Shown: one piece after another, positions 48,482 through 60,611 of the stretch
Layout: each line of letters opens with the position of its first letter
How positions within the stretch are numbered: the first letter of the stretch is position 1
Source: Nemertoderma westbladi
Lineage: Eukaryota; Animalia; Xenacoelomorpha
NCBI GenBank assembly: GCA_032718475.1
Contig: JAUCBJ010006752.1
Coordinates: forward strand, 1-64,000
DNA length: 64,000 nt
Direction: 5' to 3'
The notes under the pieces: generated by a model
Databases searched by the model: none
What the model was told of the DNA's origin: nothing
The model's input: only the letters and a program-made list of their open reading frames with translations
Translations under genes and position numbers: made by a program

Positions 48482-48619
48482 CTTAACTGCCTCAATTTGC
48501 GACTCCCGTTTATCGTACTCTAGTCCGTGGACTCCGCGTTGGTGTCGGTGGACTCCGCTGAGAGTGGCGAACTCTTTACCACACAGTTCGCAGTTGGTTT
48601 TGGGTTGGTTCGCACGAAT
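48482..48619 (-). CDS. PHF14: Probable PHF14 exon encoding a C2H2 zinc finger
   Basis: tttacttag| IRANQPKTNCELCGKEFATLSGVHRHQRGVHGLEYDKRESQIEAVK |gtaaat; 138 bp, phase 0-0. Confidence 0.72.
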
Positions 48620-48872
48620 CTAAGTAAACATTAACGGTATTCGCCGCATAATATAAATATAAAATAGAAATGTAGTTAAATACAATGGAAACTGTTCTGT
48701 ATGGTATAGTGATTTAATCTAGTGGACAGAAACAGCTATTGTCAATATCTTAATTGAGCTGACGACTGATAGTATACGTTTACGTGTAAGAGAAAAACCA
48801 ATAACCAAATAACTATAACGTTTGAGTTGAATTTATTATGTTTGGCTTCCATATTTTTTTGTATTATTTTAC

Positions 48873-49022
48873 CTTTTTTCGCTTTGGTTTATCTGACTTC
48901 TCCTTTTTCTCGTTGTTTTTCGGCGACGCCGCTGTAAACTTCTCCGGTTCCTTTAGTAGCCGTTTGGTTCTTCTATGTCCGTCCTCAGTTACTTCAGAGG
49001 TTTCCACAATCATTGAATTCGT
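48873..49022 (-). CDS. PHF14: PHF14 exon (basic linker)
   Basis: tatttcag| TNSM..RRTKRLLKEPEKF..KPKRKK |gtaaaa; resembles the PHF14 RxxRxIKEPxKF motif. Confidence 0.8.
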
Positions 49023-49113
49023 CTGAAATAACGCCAGTCAAAAATAGTCAGCATGGTTTTAAGATACGACCCTGTTGCCAGGTTTTGATGGTGTACATCA
49101 GGAGGGACAAATC

Positions 49114-49498
49114 CAAGGTGTACTAAATAACAGATGTACCGAGCGGATTGCTGAAATTAGCGTGGGACGATCGCTTCCCTATTTATGACACTTTTTTCAT
49201 AATATTTCCTTAGAAACTTCATATATACTACTTTTGTTACGTGGATATGATGACTAGGATTCATAGAAATGTAATTAAATGTCTCTCTGGAATTTTTATC
49301 TTGTAGTTGCCAAGGTAACCGGGTGCAAAGTTCAAACTTTGCACGCCTGTATTTCAAGGCGATAATGGATTCTTTCTTTGAGATTTGGTAGGTGATTAAA
49401 GGAAATATTATGAAAATAGTGTCATAAATAGGAAAAGATCGGCCCTCGCAAATTTCAGCAATCCGCTCGCTGCATGACCTGTTATTTAGTACACCTTG
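49114..49498. mobile_element. 385-bp P-superfamily-like MITE
   Basis: About 100-bp imperfect TIRs beginning CAAGGTGTACTAAATAACAG; 8-bp TSD GACAAATC at 49106-49113 and 49499-49506. Confidence 0.88.
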
Positions 49499-49530
49499 GA
49501 CAAATCCCACCTAGTCACCAAGTCAGCAAC

Positions 49531-50207
49531 TACTAACCATTTCATTATCACTTCCGGTAGGAGCGCATTCGCAGCACTGCCACGCCCCACTAACCATTTC
49601 ATTATCACTTCCGGTAGGAGCGCATTCGCAACACTGTCACGCCCCACTAACCATTTCATATCACTTCCGGTTGGAGCGCATTCGCAGCACTGCCACGCCC
49701 CACTAACCATTTCATAATCACTTCCGGTAGGAGCGCATTCAGAGCACTGCCACGCCCCCCTAACCATTTCATTATCACTTCCGCTTGGAGCGCATTCGCA
49801 GCACTGCCACACCCCACTAACCATTTCATATCACTTCCGGTACGAGCGCATTCGCAGCACTGTCACGCCCCACTAACCATTTATATCACTTCCGGTAGGA
49901 GCGCATTCAGAGCACTGCCACGCCCCCCTAACCATTTCATTATCACTTCCGCTTGGAGCGCATTCGCAGCACTGCCACACCCCACTAACCATTTCATATC
50001 ACTTCCGGTACGAGCGCATTCGCAGCACTGTCACGCCCCACTAACCATTTCATATCACTTCCGGTAGGAGCGCATTCAGAGCACTGCCATGCCCTACTAA
50101 CCATTTCATTATCACTTCCGGTAGGAGCGCTTCGCAGCACTGCCACACCCCACTAACCATTTCATTATCACTTCCGGTAGGAGCGCATTCGCAGCACTGC
50201 CACGCCC
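49531..50207. repeat. 56/57-bp tandem repeat (about 12 copies) of the PHF14 exon 3' end plus its splice donor
   Basis: Sense unit GGGCGTGGCAGTGCTGCGAATGCGCTCCTACCGGAAGTGATAATGAAATG|GTTAGTG. Confidence 0.95.
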
Positions 50208-50332
50208 AGGTTCGCGTAGCTTTTGGGACTCGGGAAAGCGGCGGCTCCAGACAGCCGATGTGGTAGTGGCGTCGGCAAGTCTCGCAATGAGCCAATAGGT
50301 GCTGGTCGGAGGTCGTAGAACATTTGGCGCAT
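50158..50332 (-). CDS. PHF14: PHF14 exon, PHD finger
   Basis: CAKCSTTSDQHLLAHCETCRRHYHIGCLEPPLSRVPKATRTWAWQCCEC; phase 2-0. Confidence 0.9.
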
Positions 50333-50566
50333 CTAAAGGGTAATAAATCCTATAACTATACTGCAGGGAAACGGCGACAGTAATACTATGCGACGGTTGG
50401 ATGGGTGTTTACTGTTTAGTCTTGGTTTAAATTTACAATAGCAGCTAAATATATTCAACAATTTATTAATAGGCCAAAAATAAACTTTATTATGGTGTAT
50501 GATTTCCAAACCGGTGTGTCAGCGGTGGTGCTTTCCAATTCAATCAATATTGATAAATCTACTAAC

Positions 50567-50763
50567 TCGTGGATAACTGTGTCAATGATAATATTGTCGT
50601 CGTCGACATCCGCAACATCTTCTTTACTCCTCAAAGTTACCGATAAGACGTCCGGGAGTTCTATTTGTGTCCCCAGAATATTGCACAGATTATCATGAAT
50701 TCGCATAGAAGGTCGACGAAATTTGTCGCATTCGGAGGAAAGCAATGATACTTTTTCATGTCC
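50567..50763 (-). CDS. PHF14: PHF14 exon (end of coiled coil)
   Basis: gtcctag| GHEKVSLLSSECDKF...TVIHE |gttagt; the phase-2 end matches the next exon. Confidence 0.75.
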
Positions 50764-50863
50764 CTAGGACGATGCAATAAAGTCTGTATACTATTTGTTT
50801 AAGCCACGAAAAGGAAATACAAGGGAACTCGTATAAAAGTCCTACACTGTCGGAACAACCAAC

Positions 50864-51052
50864 CTTATCGTATTTACTTCGAACGACGACTTGTTCCCTT
50901 AGCAACTGTAAGTTTTCCCTCTTCTTAGACTCGACTTCCGCCCGCAGTTCATCGATCTTCGTGTTTCGTTGCAGGAAGTACCCAATGAACTCTACGCTCA
51001 AGGCCGCCTGAGCGTGGCTCTTCTTCTTAGCGTCGTCCAATGAAACAACTCC
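50864..51052 (-). CDS. PHF14: PHF14 exon (coiled coil)
   Basis: ALSVEFIGYFLQRNTKIDEL...REQVVVRSKYDK resembles the PHF14 F(T/S)xEFxxYyxxRNxR motif; 189 bp, phase 0-0. Confidence 0.85.
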
Positions 51053-51133
51053 CTGAGTCAATAATAGTTTATCAAGTATAATAAATATAAATCAACAGTT
51101 ATGTGTCAGATGTCGTAGTAAGGTACCCCGCTC

Positions 51134-54100
51134 TAAACCACCTGAGTTACCCACACTAACCCACCCAGGTACCCACACTACCCCACCCAGTTACTCACAC
51201 TAACCCACCCAGTTACCCACACTAACCCACCCAGGTACCCACACTAACCCACCCAGTTACTCACACTAACCCACCCAGTTACCCACACTAACCCAGCCAG
51301 TTACCCACACTAACCCACCCAGTTACTCACACTAACCCACCCAGTTACTCACACTAACCCACCCAGTTACTCACACTAACCCACCCAGTTACCCACACTA
51401 ACCCACCCAGTTACCCACACTAACCCACCCAGTTACTCACACTAACCCACCCAGTTACCCACACTAACCCAGCCAGTTACCCACACTAACCCACCCAGTT
51501 ACTCACACTAACCCACCCAGTTACTCACACTAACCCACCCAGTTACTCACACTAACCCACCCAGTTACTCACACTAACCCACCCAGTTACCCACACTAAC
51601 CCAGCCAGTTACCCACACTAACCCACCCAGTTACTCACACTAACCCACCCAGGTACCCACACTACCCCACCCAGTTACTCACACTAACCCACCCAGTTAC
51701 CCATACTAACCCACCCAGTTACTCACACTAACCCACCCAGTTACTCACACTAACCCACCCAGTTACCCACACTAACCCAGCCAGTTACCCACACTAACCC
51801 ACCCAGTTACTCACACTAACCCACCCAGGTACCCACACTACCCCACCCAGTTACTCACACTAACCCACCCAGTTACCCACACTAACCCAGCCAGTTACCC
51901 ACACTAACCCACCCAGTTACTCACACTAACCCACCCAGGTACCCACACTACCCCACCCAGTTACTCACACTAACCCACCCAGTTACCCATACTAACCCAC
52001 CCAGTTACTCACACTAACCCACCCAGTTACCCACACTAACCCAGCCAGTTACCCACACTAACCCACCCAGTTACTCACACTAACCCACCCAGGTACCCAC
52101 ACTACCCCACCCAGTTACTCACACTAACCCACCCAGTTACCCACACTAACCCAGCCAGTTACCCACACTAACCCACCCAGTTACTCACACTAACCCACCC
52201 AGGTACCCACACTACCCCACCCAGTTACTCACACTAACCCACCCAGTTACCCATACTAACCCACCCAGTTACTCACACTAACCCACCCAGTTACCCACAC
52301 TAACCCACCCAGGTACCCACACTAACCCACCCAGTTACTCACACTAACCCACCCAGTTACCCACACTAACCCAGCCAGTTACCCACACTAACCCACCCAG
52401 TTACTCACACTAACCCACCCAGTTACTCACACTAACCCACCCAGTTACTCACACTAACCCACCCAGTTACCCACACTAACCCACCCAGTTACCCACACTA
52501 ACCCACCCAGTTACTCACACTAACCCACCCAGTTACCCACACTAACCCAGCCAGTTACCCACACTAACCCACCCAGTTACTCACACTAACCCACCCAGTT
52601 ACTCACACTAACCCACCCAGTTACTCACACTAACCCACCCAGTTACTCACACTAACCCACCCAGTTACCCACACTAACCCAGCCAGTTACCCACACTAAC
52701 CCACCCAGTTACTCACACTAACCCACCCAGGTACCCACACTACCCCACCCAGTTACTCACACTAACCCACCCAGTTACCCACACTAACCCACCCAGTTAC
52801 CCACACTAACCCACCCAGTTACTCACACTAACCCACCCAGTTACTCACACTAACCCACCCAGGTACCCACACTAACCCACCCAGTTACTCACACTAACCC
52901 ACCCAGTTACCCACACTAACCCAGCCAGTTACCCACACTAACCCACCCAGTTACCCACACTAACCCACCCAGTTACCCACACTAACCCACCCAGTTACAC
53001 ACACTAACCCACCCAGTTACCCACACTAACCCACCCAGTTACCCACACTAACCCACCCAGTTACTCACACTAACCCACCCAGTTACCCACACTAACCCAG
53101 CCAGTTACCCACACTAACCCACCCAGTTACTCACACTAACCCACCCAGTTACTCACACTAACCCACCCAGTTACTCACACTAACCCACCCAGTTACTCAC
53201 ACTAACCCACCCAGTTACCCACACTAACCCAGCCAGTTACCCACACTAACCCACCCAGTTACTCACACTAACCCACCCAGTTACTCACACTAACCCACCC
53301 AGTTACTCACACTAACCCACCCAGTTACCCACACTAACCCACCCAGTTACCCACACTAACCCACCCAGTTACCCACACTAACCCACCCAGTTACTCACAC
53401 TAACCCACCCAGTGACCCACACTAACCCACCCAGTTACCCACACTAACCCACCCAGTTACCCACACTAACCCACCCAGTTACCCACACTAACCCACCCAG
53501 TTACTCACACTAACCCACCCAGTTACTCACACTAACCCACCCAGTTACCCACACTAACCCAGCCAGTTACCCACACTAACCCACCCAGTTACTCACACTA
53601 ACCCACCCAGGTACCCACACTACCCCACCCAGTTACTCACACTAACCCACCCAGTTACCCATACTAACCCACCCAGTTACTCACACTAACCCACCCAGTT
53701 ACTCACACTAACCCACCCAGTTACCCACACTAACCCAGCCAGTTACCCACACTAACCCACCCAGTTACTCACACTAACCCACCCAGGTACCCACACTACC
53801 CCACCCAGTTACTCACACTAACCCACCCAGTTACCCACACTAACCCAGCCAGTTACCCACACTAACCCACCCAGTTACTCACACTAACCCACCCAGGTAC
53901 CCACACTACCCCACCCAGTTACTCACACTAACCCACCCAGTTACCCATACTAACCCACCCAGTTACTCACACTAACCCACCCAGTTACCCACACTAACCC
54001 AGCCAGTTACCCACACTAACCCACCCAGTTACTCACACTAACCCACCCAGGTACCCACACTACCCCACCCAGTTACTCACACTAACCCACCCAGTTACCC

Positions 54101-55564
54101 ACACTAACCCAGCCAGTTACCCACACTAACCCACCCAGTTACTCACACTAACCCACCCAGGTACCCACACTACCCCACCCAGTTACTCACACTAACCCAC
54201 CCAGTTACCCATACTAACCCACCCAGTTACTCACACTAACCCACCCAGTTACCCACACTAACCCACCCAGGTACCCACACTAACCCACCCAGTTACTCAC
54301 ACTAACCCACCCAGTTACCCACACTAACCCAGCCAGTTACCCACACTAACCCACCCAGTTACTCACACTAACCCACCCAGTTACTCACACTAACCCACCC
54401 AGTTACTCACACTAACCCACCCAGTTACCCACACTAACCCACCCAGTTACCCACACTAACCCACCCAGTTACTCACACTAACCCACCCAGTTACCCACAC
54501 TAACCCAGCCAGTTACCCACACTAACCCACCCAGTTACTCACACTAACCCACCCAGTTACTCACACTAACCCACCCAGTTACTCACACTAACCCACCCAG
54601 TTACTCACACTAACCCACCCAGTTACCCACACTAACCCAGCCAGTTACCCACACTAACCCACCCAGTTACTCACACTAACCCACCCAGGTACCCACACTA
54701 CCCCACCCAGTTACTCACACTAACCCACCCAGTTACCCACACTAACCCACCCAGTTACCCACACTAACCCACCCAGTTACTCACACTAACCCACCCAGTT
54801 ACTCACACTAACCCACCCAGGTACCCACACTAACCCACCCAGTTACTCACACTAACCCACCCAGTTACCCACACTAACCCAGCCAGTTACCCACACTAAC
54901 CCACCCAGTTACCCACACTAACCCACCCAGTTACCCACACTAACCCACCCAGTTACACACACTAACCCACCCAGTTACCCACACTAACCCACCCAGTTAC
55001 CCACACTAACCCACCCAGTTACTCACACTAACCCACCCAGTTACCCACACTAACCCAGCCAGTTACCCACACTAACCCACCCAGTTACTCACACTAACCC
55101 ACCCAGTTACTCACACTAACCCACCCAGTTACTCACACTAACCCACCCAGTTACTCACACTAACCCACCCAGTTACCCACACTAACCCAGCCAGTTACCC
55201 ACACTAACCCACCCAGTTACTCACACTAACCCACCCAGTTACTCACACTAACCCACCCAGTTACTCACACTAACCCACCCAGTTACCCACACTAACCCAC
55301 CCAGTTACCCACACTAACCCACCCAGTTACCCACACTAACCCACCCAGTTACTCACACTAACCCACCCAGTGACCCACACTAACCCACCCAGTTACCCAC
55401 ACTAACCCACCCAGTTACCCACACTAACCCACCCAGTTACCCACACTAACCCACCCTGTTACCCACACTAACCCACCCAGTTACCCACACTAACCCACCC
55501 AGTTACACACACTAACCCACCCAGTTACCCACACTAACCCACCCAGTTACCCACCCTAACCCAC
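51134..55564. repeat. 22-bp satellite (about 200 copies) with a 1958-bp higher-order duplication, filling one PHF14 intron
   Basis: Unit acccacccagttac(t/c)cacacta. Diagnostic variants (ccagttacac at 52991 and 54949; agtgac) recur 1958 bp apart. Confidence 0.97.
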
Positions 55565-55807
55565 CTGAGTGATCCCCATAACTTCACTCTTACGGACTAG
55601 TTTCCGAAGGGCCGATGGACTCGCGAACACACTCCTCGGCTCCACCGCGTTGTACGACTCCACGGGTTTAATCGTCGCGCTCTGTTTGAGGTAACGGCGT
55701 CGCCATCCAGCCAACTTCCGCTCCGATCTGTCGTCATGACGAACCTCGTGGTTCCGTAACTGAGACATTAACACGAGATGTTGTCTCTTCTTCTGTTTCA
55801 TATCTTG
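55565..55807 (-). CDS. PHF14: PHF14 exon
   Basis: ...ASPSALRKLVRKSEVMGITQ resembles PHF14 SASAIRKLMRKAELMGI; bounded by atacag and gtgggt. Confidence 0.87.
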
Positions 55808-56607
55808 CTGTATGAAGGAATACCACTAATATTGTGAGGGACAAATAACATGGGTATGTAACATGACGGTACATGAAGTCATAATGAAGTCGATATAACA
55901 AAATAATGAGGACTAAAGAGAGCCCTCTATTGTCGTAATAAAGTATAGAGCAATTGAATGTGGAAGAACGCCTAATATTTTATTATTGAATATAATATTA
56001 CATCTGTTGATCAACAGATTGTACAAACATTTTAGTGGGGCGAACGGTGAAGTAAACGAGCTTACATATCTCACACCGCAGTTTCAAACGTTGTCTGTCG
56101 GCCTGCTTGTCGGCCTGTGTGTCTGTCGGCCTGTCTGTCTGTCGGCCTGTCTGTCTGTCAATCTGTCTGTCAGCAAATGTTTGAAAGATAATATCTCAGT
56201 CAATATTTTTGATTAAATTAAACGAATTTTGGTACACAATCTGTCTGTCAAATATGTAGTCTGTTAAACTTAAAATACTGTAATAGATTTTACAGGGGGA
56301 GATTTAGCAATTTCCAGTCTCCCGCTAGAGGGCCACTACGCAACGGTATGCTAAGCTAGACTACCCTACGCTACCCTGATACCCTACGAACGTGTTTCTG
56401 AATAACACTGCTAAATTCCTGTATTTAGTTTAAAGATTCACCAAACCAAATGAAGACATAGTTAACACTATATTAATAATTATTATAAAACATAATTATA
56501 AGGTAAAGCTCATGGTGAACACAGCTGTCTCGATTGGGAGATATGATCACACCCCGACCAAACCAACCCACCACCCCAGACCTATTACCATGTATTATTA
56601 AATTTAC

Positions 56608-56799
56608 CTTGTTAACGTGTTGTTTGCAGTAAATGTAGAAGGGATCCATATCAGCATTGGGGTCATCGAGGGTGGCTTCCGAGAGTAGACCCTGTCGTTG
56701 GGCGCAACTCACGTGGAAGTAGTTGCGACACATACCGGCGTCGCAACCAATACATATACCGGTACGGGCAAAGCGTTGGTCCTCACATAAGCAGCATTC
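56608..56799 (-). CDS. PHF14: PHF14 exon, extended PHD (PZP module, second PHD)
   Basis: ECCLCEDQRFARTGICIGCDAGMCRNYFHVSCAQRQGLLSEA..DPFYIYCKQH matches recalled PHF14. No upstream PHF14 exons found in the window. Confidence 0.92.
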
Positions 56800-57200
56800 C
56801 TAGAGAACAGATGGTAAGAAAGGATTAAACGGTGAGTCGGAAATTTTAGAAAATAATGATAAAAAAATGCCTGCTAATTATTGAGTGACAAATATTTAAC
56901 TGGTAATTAACAACTTTTTAAATATTACATTTTATCGGCCGAAATATGATTTTGCGTAGAAATTTTAAGATTTCTTTGCATCGATTGTTTTCAATTATAG
57001 ATATTAACTAGGAGTGAATAGACTTGTAGATTATGACAGATGTCTGCTTATTGTTATGGTCTTGGGACGTTAGTGCCCGCGAGACATTAGTGCCTGCGGG
57101 CACTAAAGTCTCAGTACCTTTAGTGCCCGCGGTCACCTAGTCGCATTATCGCGGGCACTAATGTCCCATGAGACGTTAGTGCCCGCGAGACATTAGTGCC

Positions 57201-59535
57201 ATAGATAGATAGATAGATTTATTTATACATTATGTAAAAACAATAACAACTACACCAAACAATATACCGGTATAAAGGTAGTGTCCAACATAACATATAG
57301 GATTACCCCTAAAGCTTTGCAGCTTATTTCCAAGGGGGTCCTTTATGTTACTTGGTTACAAATACAATATTACACTACGCTAACCTAAAACCAATATAAA
57401 ACGTAATTACACTATGTACATGTACAACTTTACCGAGAGCGTGACAATGCCCGACTCAACGATAAAGATGTAATGTACAGAACAATTTATTATAAAACGT
57501 AATTACAGTATAAATAGTAAATAATTAATAAACTAATAACTTACTGTAGAACTATTGTACCTATTTTTACATTGCACACGGAGGTGAGATTTAACTGCAG
57601 ATTTAAAAGAATGTGGATTATCTAGGTTTTTAATTTCATTAGGCAGAGCGATCCAATTTTTAATGCTGTTAAAACAGAAAGTATCAGATTCAAAGGATTT
57701 ACAATTCGGGAGGTAGAAGTTTGAAGCACTAGCTCTGGTACTGTAAGAGTGTGTATCGCGTACTCTGTTGAATTTTTGTTTTAGGTAATTGGGACATTTA
57801 CCATTATACACTTTATGCACATGGTTAAGGCGTAGCTGCTTAACTCTACTATCTAAGTTAAGTAGTCCAGATTCAGAAAAGTCATCTGGAGTTAGGTGGT
57901 GCCTATGTTTGTAGTCTTTAATAAATCGTACTACTTTATTCTGAGCTACTTGTAATTTACATTTAAGCTGTTTGGTTAAGCCTTCATACCAAGAAGGGCA
58001 CGCATAGTCCATGTGACACTGTATTAAAGAAGAGCATAGTAACTTGCGGGAGTCGGTGTTCAAACTATTTTTATTTCTGTATAGGAACCTAAGCCTACTG
58101 TTAACTTTCGAGGAAATATTTTTCACTGTACTTTCTCCTGATAAGCAGTTATCCAATGTGGCGCCTAAATATTTAACTTCCTTTTTATTTTCAATCTTAT
58201 ATCCATTACTAGTGACTTCAAACTTAGTTACCTTCTTTAACTTTCTTTTGGAACCAAACAAAATACTTTCAGTCTTACTGCTTACCGTAGTGAATGGATA
58301 GCTTATTATCAACCAACCACTCATTACAGGATTCTAGAACTGCACTTAACTTTTGGGAAATATGGATAGGATCTTTATGAGAGAAAATAAGAGCACTGTC
58401 GTCGGCATATAAAATGAGTTTAAAATCGGGATCTATACTACTTATCATATCATTTACATAGCATACAAAAAGCAGAGGACCTAATATACTACCTTGCGGT
58501 ACACCACAGGTAACCTCTTGTACAGTAGACTGCGATTTGCTAATGACTACAGTTTGACCTCTGTCTGACAGGTAGGACTTGAACCAGTCTATAGAACCTA
58601 CACCCATCAGGCCTAACTTACCAAGCAGAATTTCGAGATCGACAGTATCGAAAGCCTTTTGTAGGTCCAACATTACCATACCAGTATATAAACCCTTTGC
58701 GTTATTACATCTAATTGTATCAGTTAAGTTAATAAGGCAGGTGTCTGTAGAATATGATTTACGAAAACGGACTGAAGTTCATAGATCAGATTTAGCCTAC
58801 TAAGATGTGCCTCCAGCTGTAGAAAAACAGAACGTTCTAGAATTTTAGATACAATACTTAAGGTCTGTAATTACAGGGTTCTACTTTACTATTCTTTTTA
58901 TACAGAGGGACAACCTTAGCTAATTTCAGTTCGTCTGGTACTACATTATCTACGATAGAGTAATTAATAATAAAAGTAATAGGTACTTTAAGTACTTCAG
59001 CACCATCCTTAAGAAAACGGGCAGGTATTAGGTCTAGACCGGTACTTTTTGAGGCTGATAGGCTAAGTAGATTTTGAAAAACGAAATCCTCAGAAACGGG
59101 TTTTAAAAATAACTTTTCTGAATTTTGTAACTCTTCTAAATAAAAATTATTTAGAGTTTCGGACCCTATAAACTATATTTATTTCTTGGTAACGGTAACT
59201 TCTTAACTAAATTAGAGGCAACATTAGTAAAATAATTATTAAATAAATTACTAACTATAGAGTATGATCATGAATCAGCTCACCGTTAGACTTTTAGGAT
59301 TATCTTTATTCTCACTTATTTTGTTGTACAAATATTCAGATTTAGCTTTTTTTATTTCCCGTTGGACAAGGTTTCTATATTTGCAGTAATTATTATAATC
59401 AGCTGAAACATGGTATTTTCTAAATTTATACAAATAGTTATCTCTTTCTCTGATATTACTAAGAATACCCGAGGTCATCCAGGGCTCAGTGCGTTGTTTA
59501 AGACTAATTTCTATAATTGGTGCTACAGTATTAAG
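57201..59535 (-). mobile_element. 5'-truncated, frameshifted CR1/L2-group LINE (reverse transcriptase)
   Basis: [27 protein letters not shown] and KYLG motifs across broken frames; 3' AATAAA followed by a (TCTA)n tail at about 57201-57225. Confidence 0.88.
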
Positions 59536-59536
59536 T

Positions 59537-60610
59537 TTATTGATAGTAACAATGTGTTGGCAAGCTGTATTTTTCGAGGTGTTTGTTATTATACATTTTA
59601 TTATATAAGAAGGGATCTAGGGGTCTTTACCTCGAATGATAAGTTTATTTTACCGAAAATAACTTATCTTTTATTGGCGCAATTGTAGGACTAATCCCAT
59701 CACATGCGTACTTTTTAACCGGGTAGTGTACAAATTTAGGAATCGCGTAATTTTTCTTGAAATTAATATCTCATATCTCTCCAAACCACGTACGCGTTTC
59801 GACCTTACTGGGTCTCATCAGCGTGGTGTCGGATTCGAACCTGGGACCTCGAGGCGGAAGCCGAGACTACAACCACTAGGCCACAGGTTCTTGAGATATG
59901 GATTATTAATTTCAAAGACAGCTGCCATTTTATTAGCCCCTGATTTTTGATTATTGATAGTAACAATGTGTTGGCAAGCTGTATTTTTCGAGGTGTTTGT
60001 TATTATACATTTTATTATAAGAAGGGATCTAGGGGTCTTAACCTCGAATGATAAGTTTATTTTACCGAAAATAACTTATCTTTTATTGGCGCAATTGTAG
60101 GACTAATCCCATCACATGCGTACTTTTTAACCGGGTAGTGTACAAATTTAGGAATCGCGTAATTTTTCTTGAAATTAATATCTCATATCTCTCCAAACCA
60201 CGTACGCGTTTCGACCTTACTGGGTCTCATCAGCGTGGTGTCGGATTCGAACCTGGGACCTCGAGGCGGAAGCCGAGACTACAACCACTAGGCCACAGGT
60301 TCTTGAGATATGGAGTATTAATTTCAAAGACAGCTGCCATTTTATTAGCCCCTGATTTTTGATTATTTCGAATCCGACACCACGCTGATGAGACCCAGTA
60401 AGGTCGAAACGCGTACGTGGTTTGTGAGAGATATGAGATATTAATTTCAAGAAAAATTACGCGATTCTTAAATTTGTACACTACCCGGTTAAAAAGTACG
60501 CATGTGATGGGATTAGTCCTACAATTGCGCCAATAAACGTTAAGTTATTTTCGGTAAAATAAACTTATCATTCGAGGTAAAGACCCCTAGATCCATTCCT
60601 ATAATAAAAT
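59537..60610. repeat. About 413-bp direct duplication plus an inverted partial third copy, containing a tRNA-derived SINE head
   Basis: 59537-59950 matches 59951-60362. 60367-60610 is the reverse complement of about 60010-60250. Minus strand has A box TGGCCTAGTGG and B box GGTTCGAATCC. Confidence 0.88.
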
Positions 60611-60611
60611 C

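Noticed and set aside
51134-55564. Interstitial telomere
   Set aside because: TAACCC occurs once per 22-bp unit rather than as tandem hexamers, and the unit matches the adjacent splice donor.
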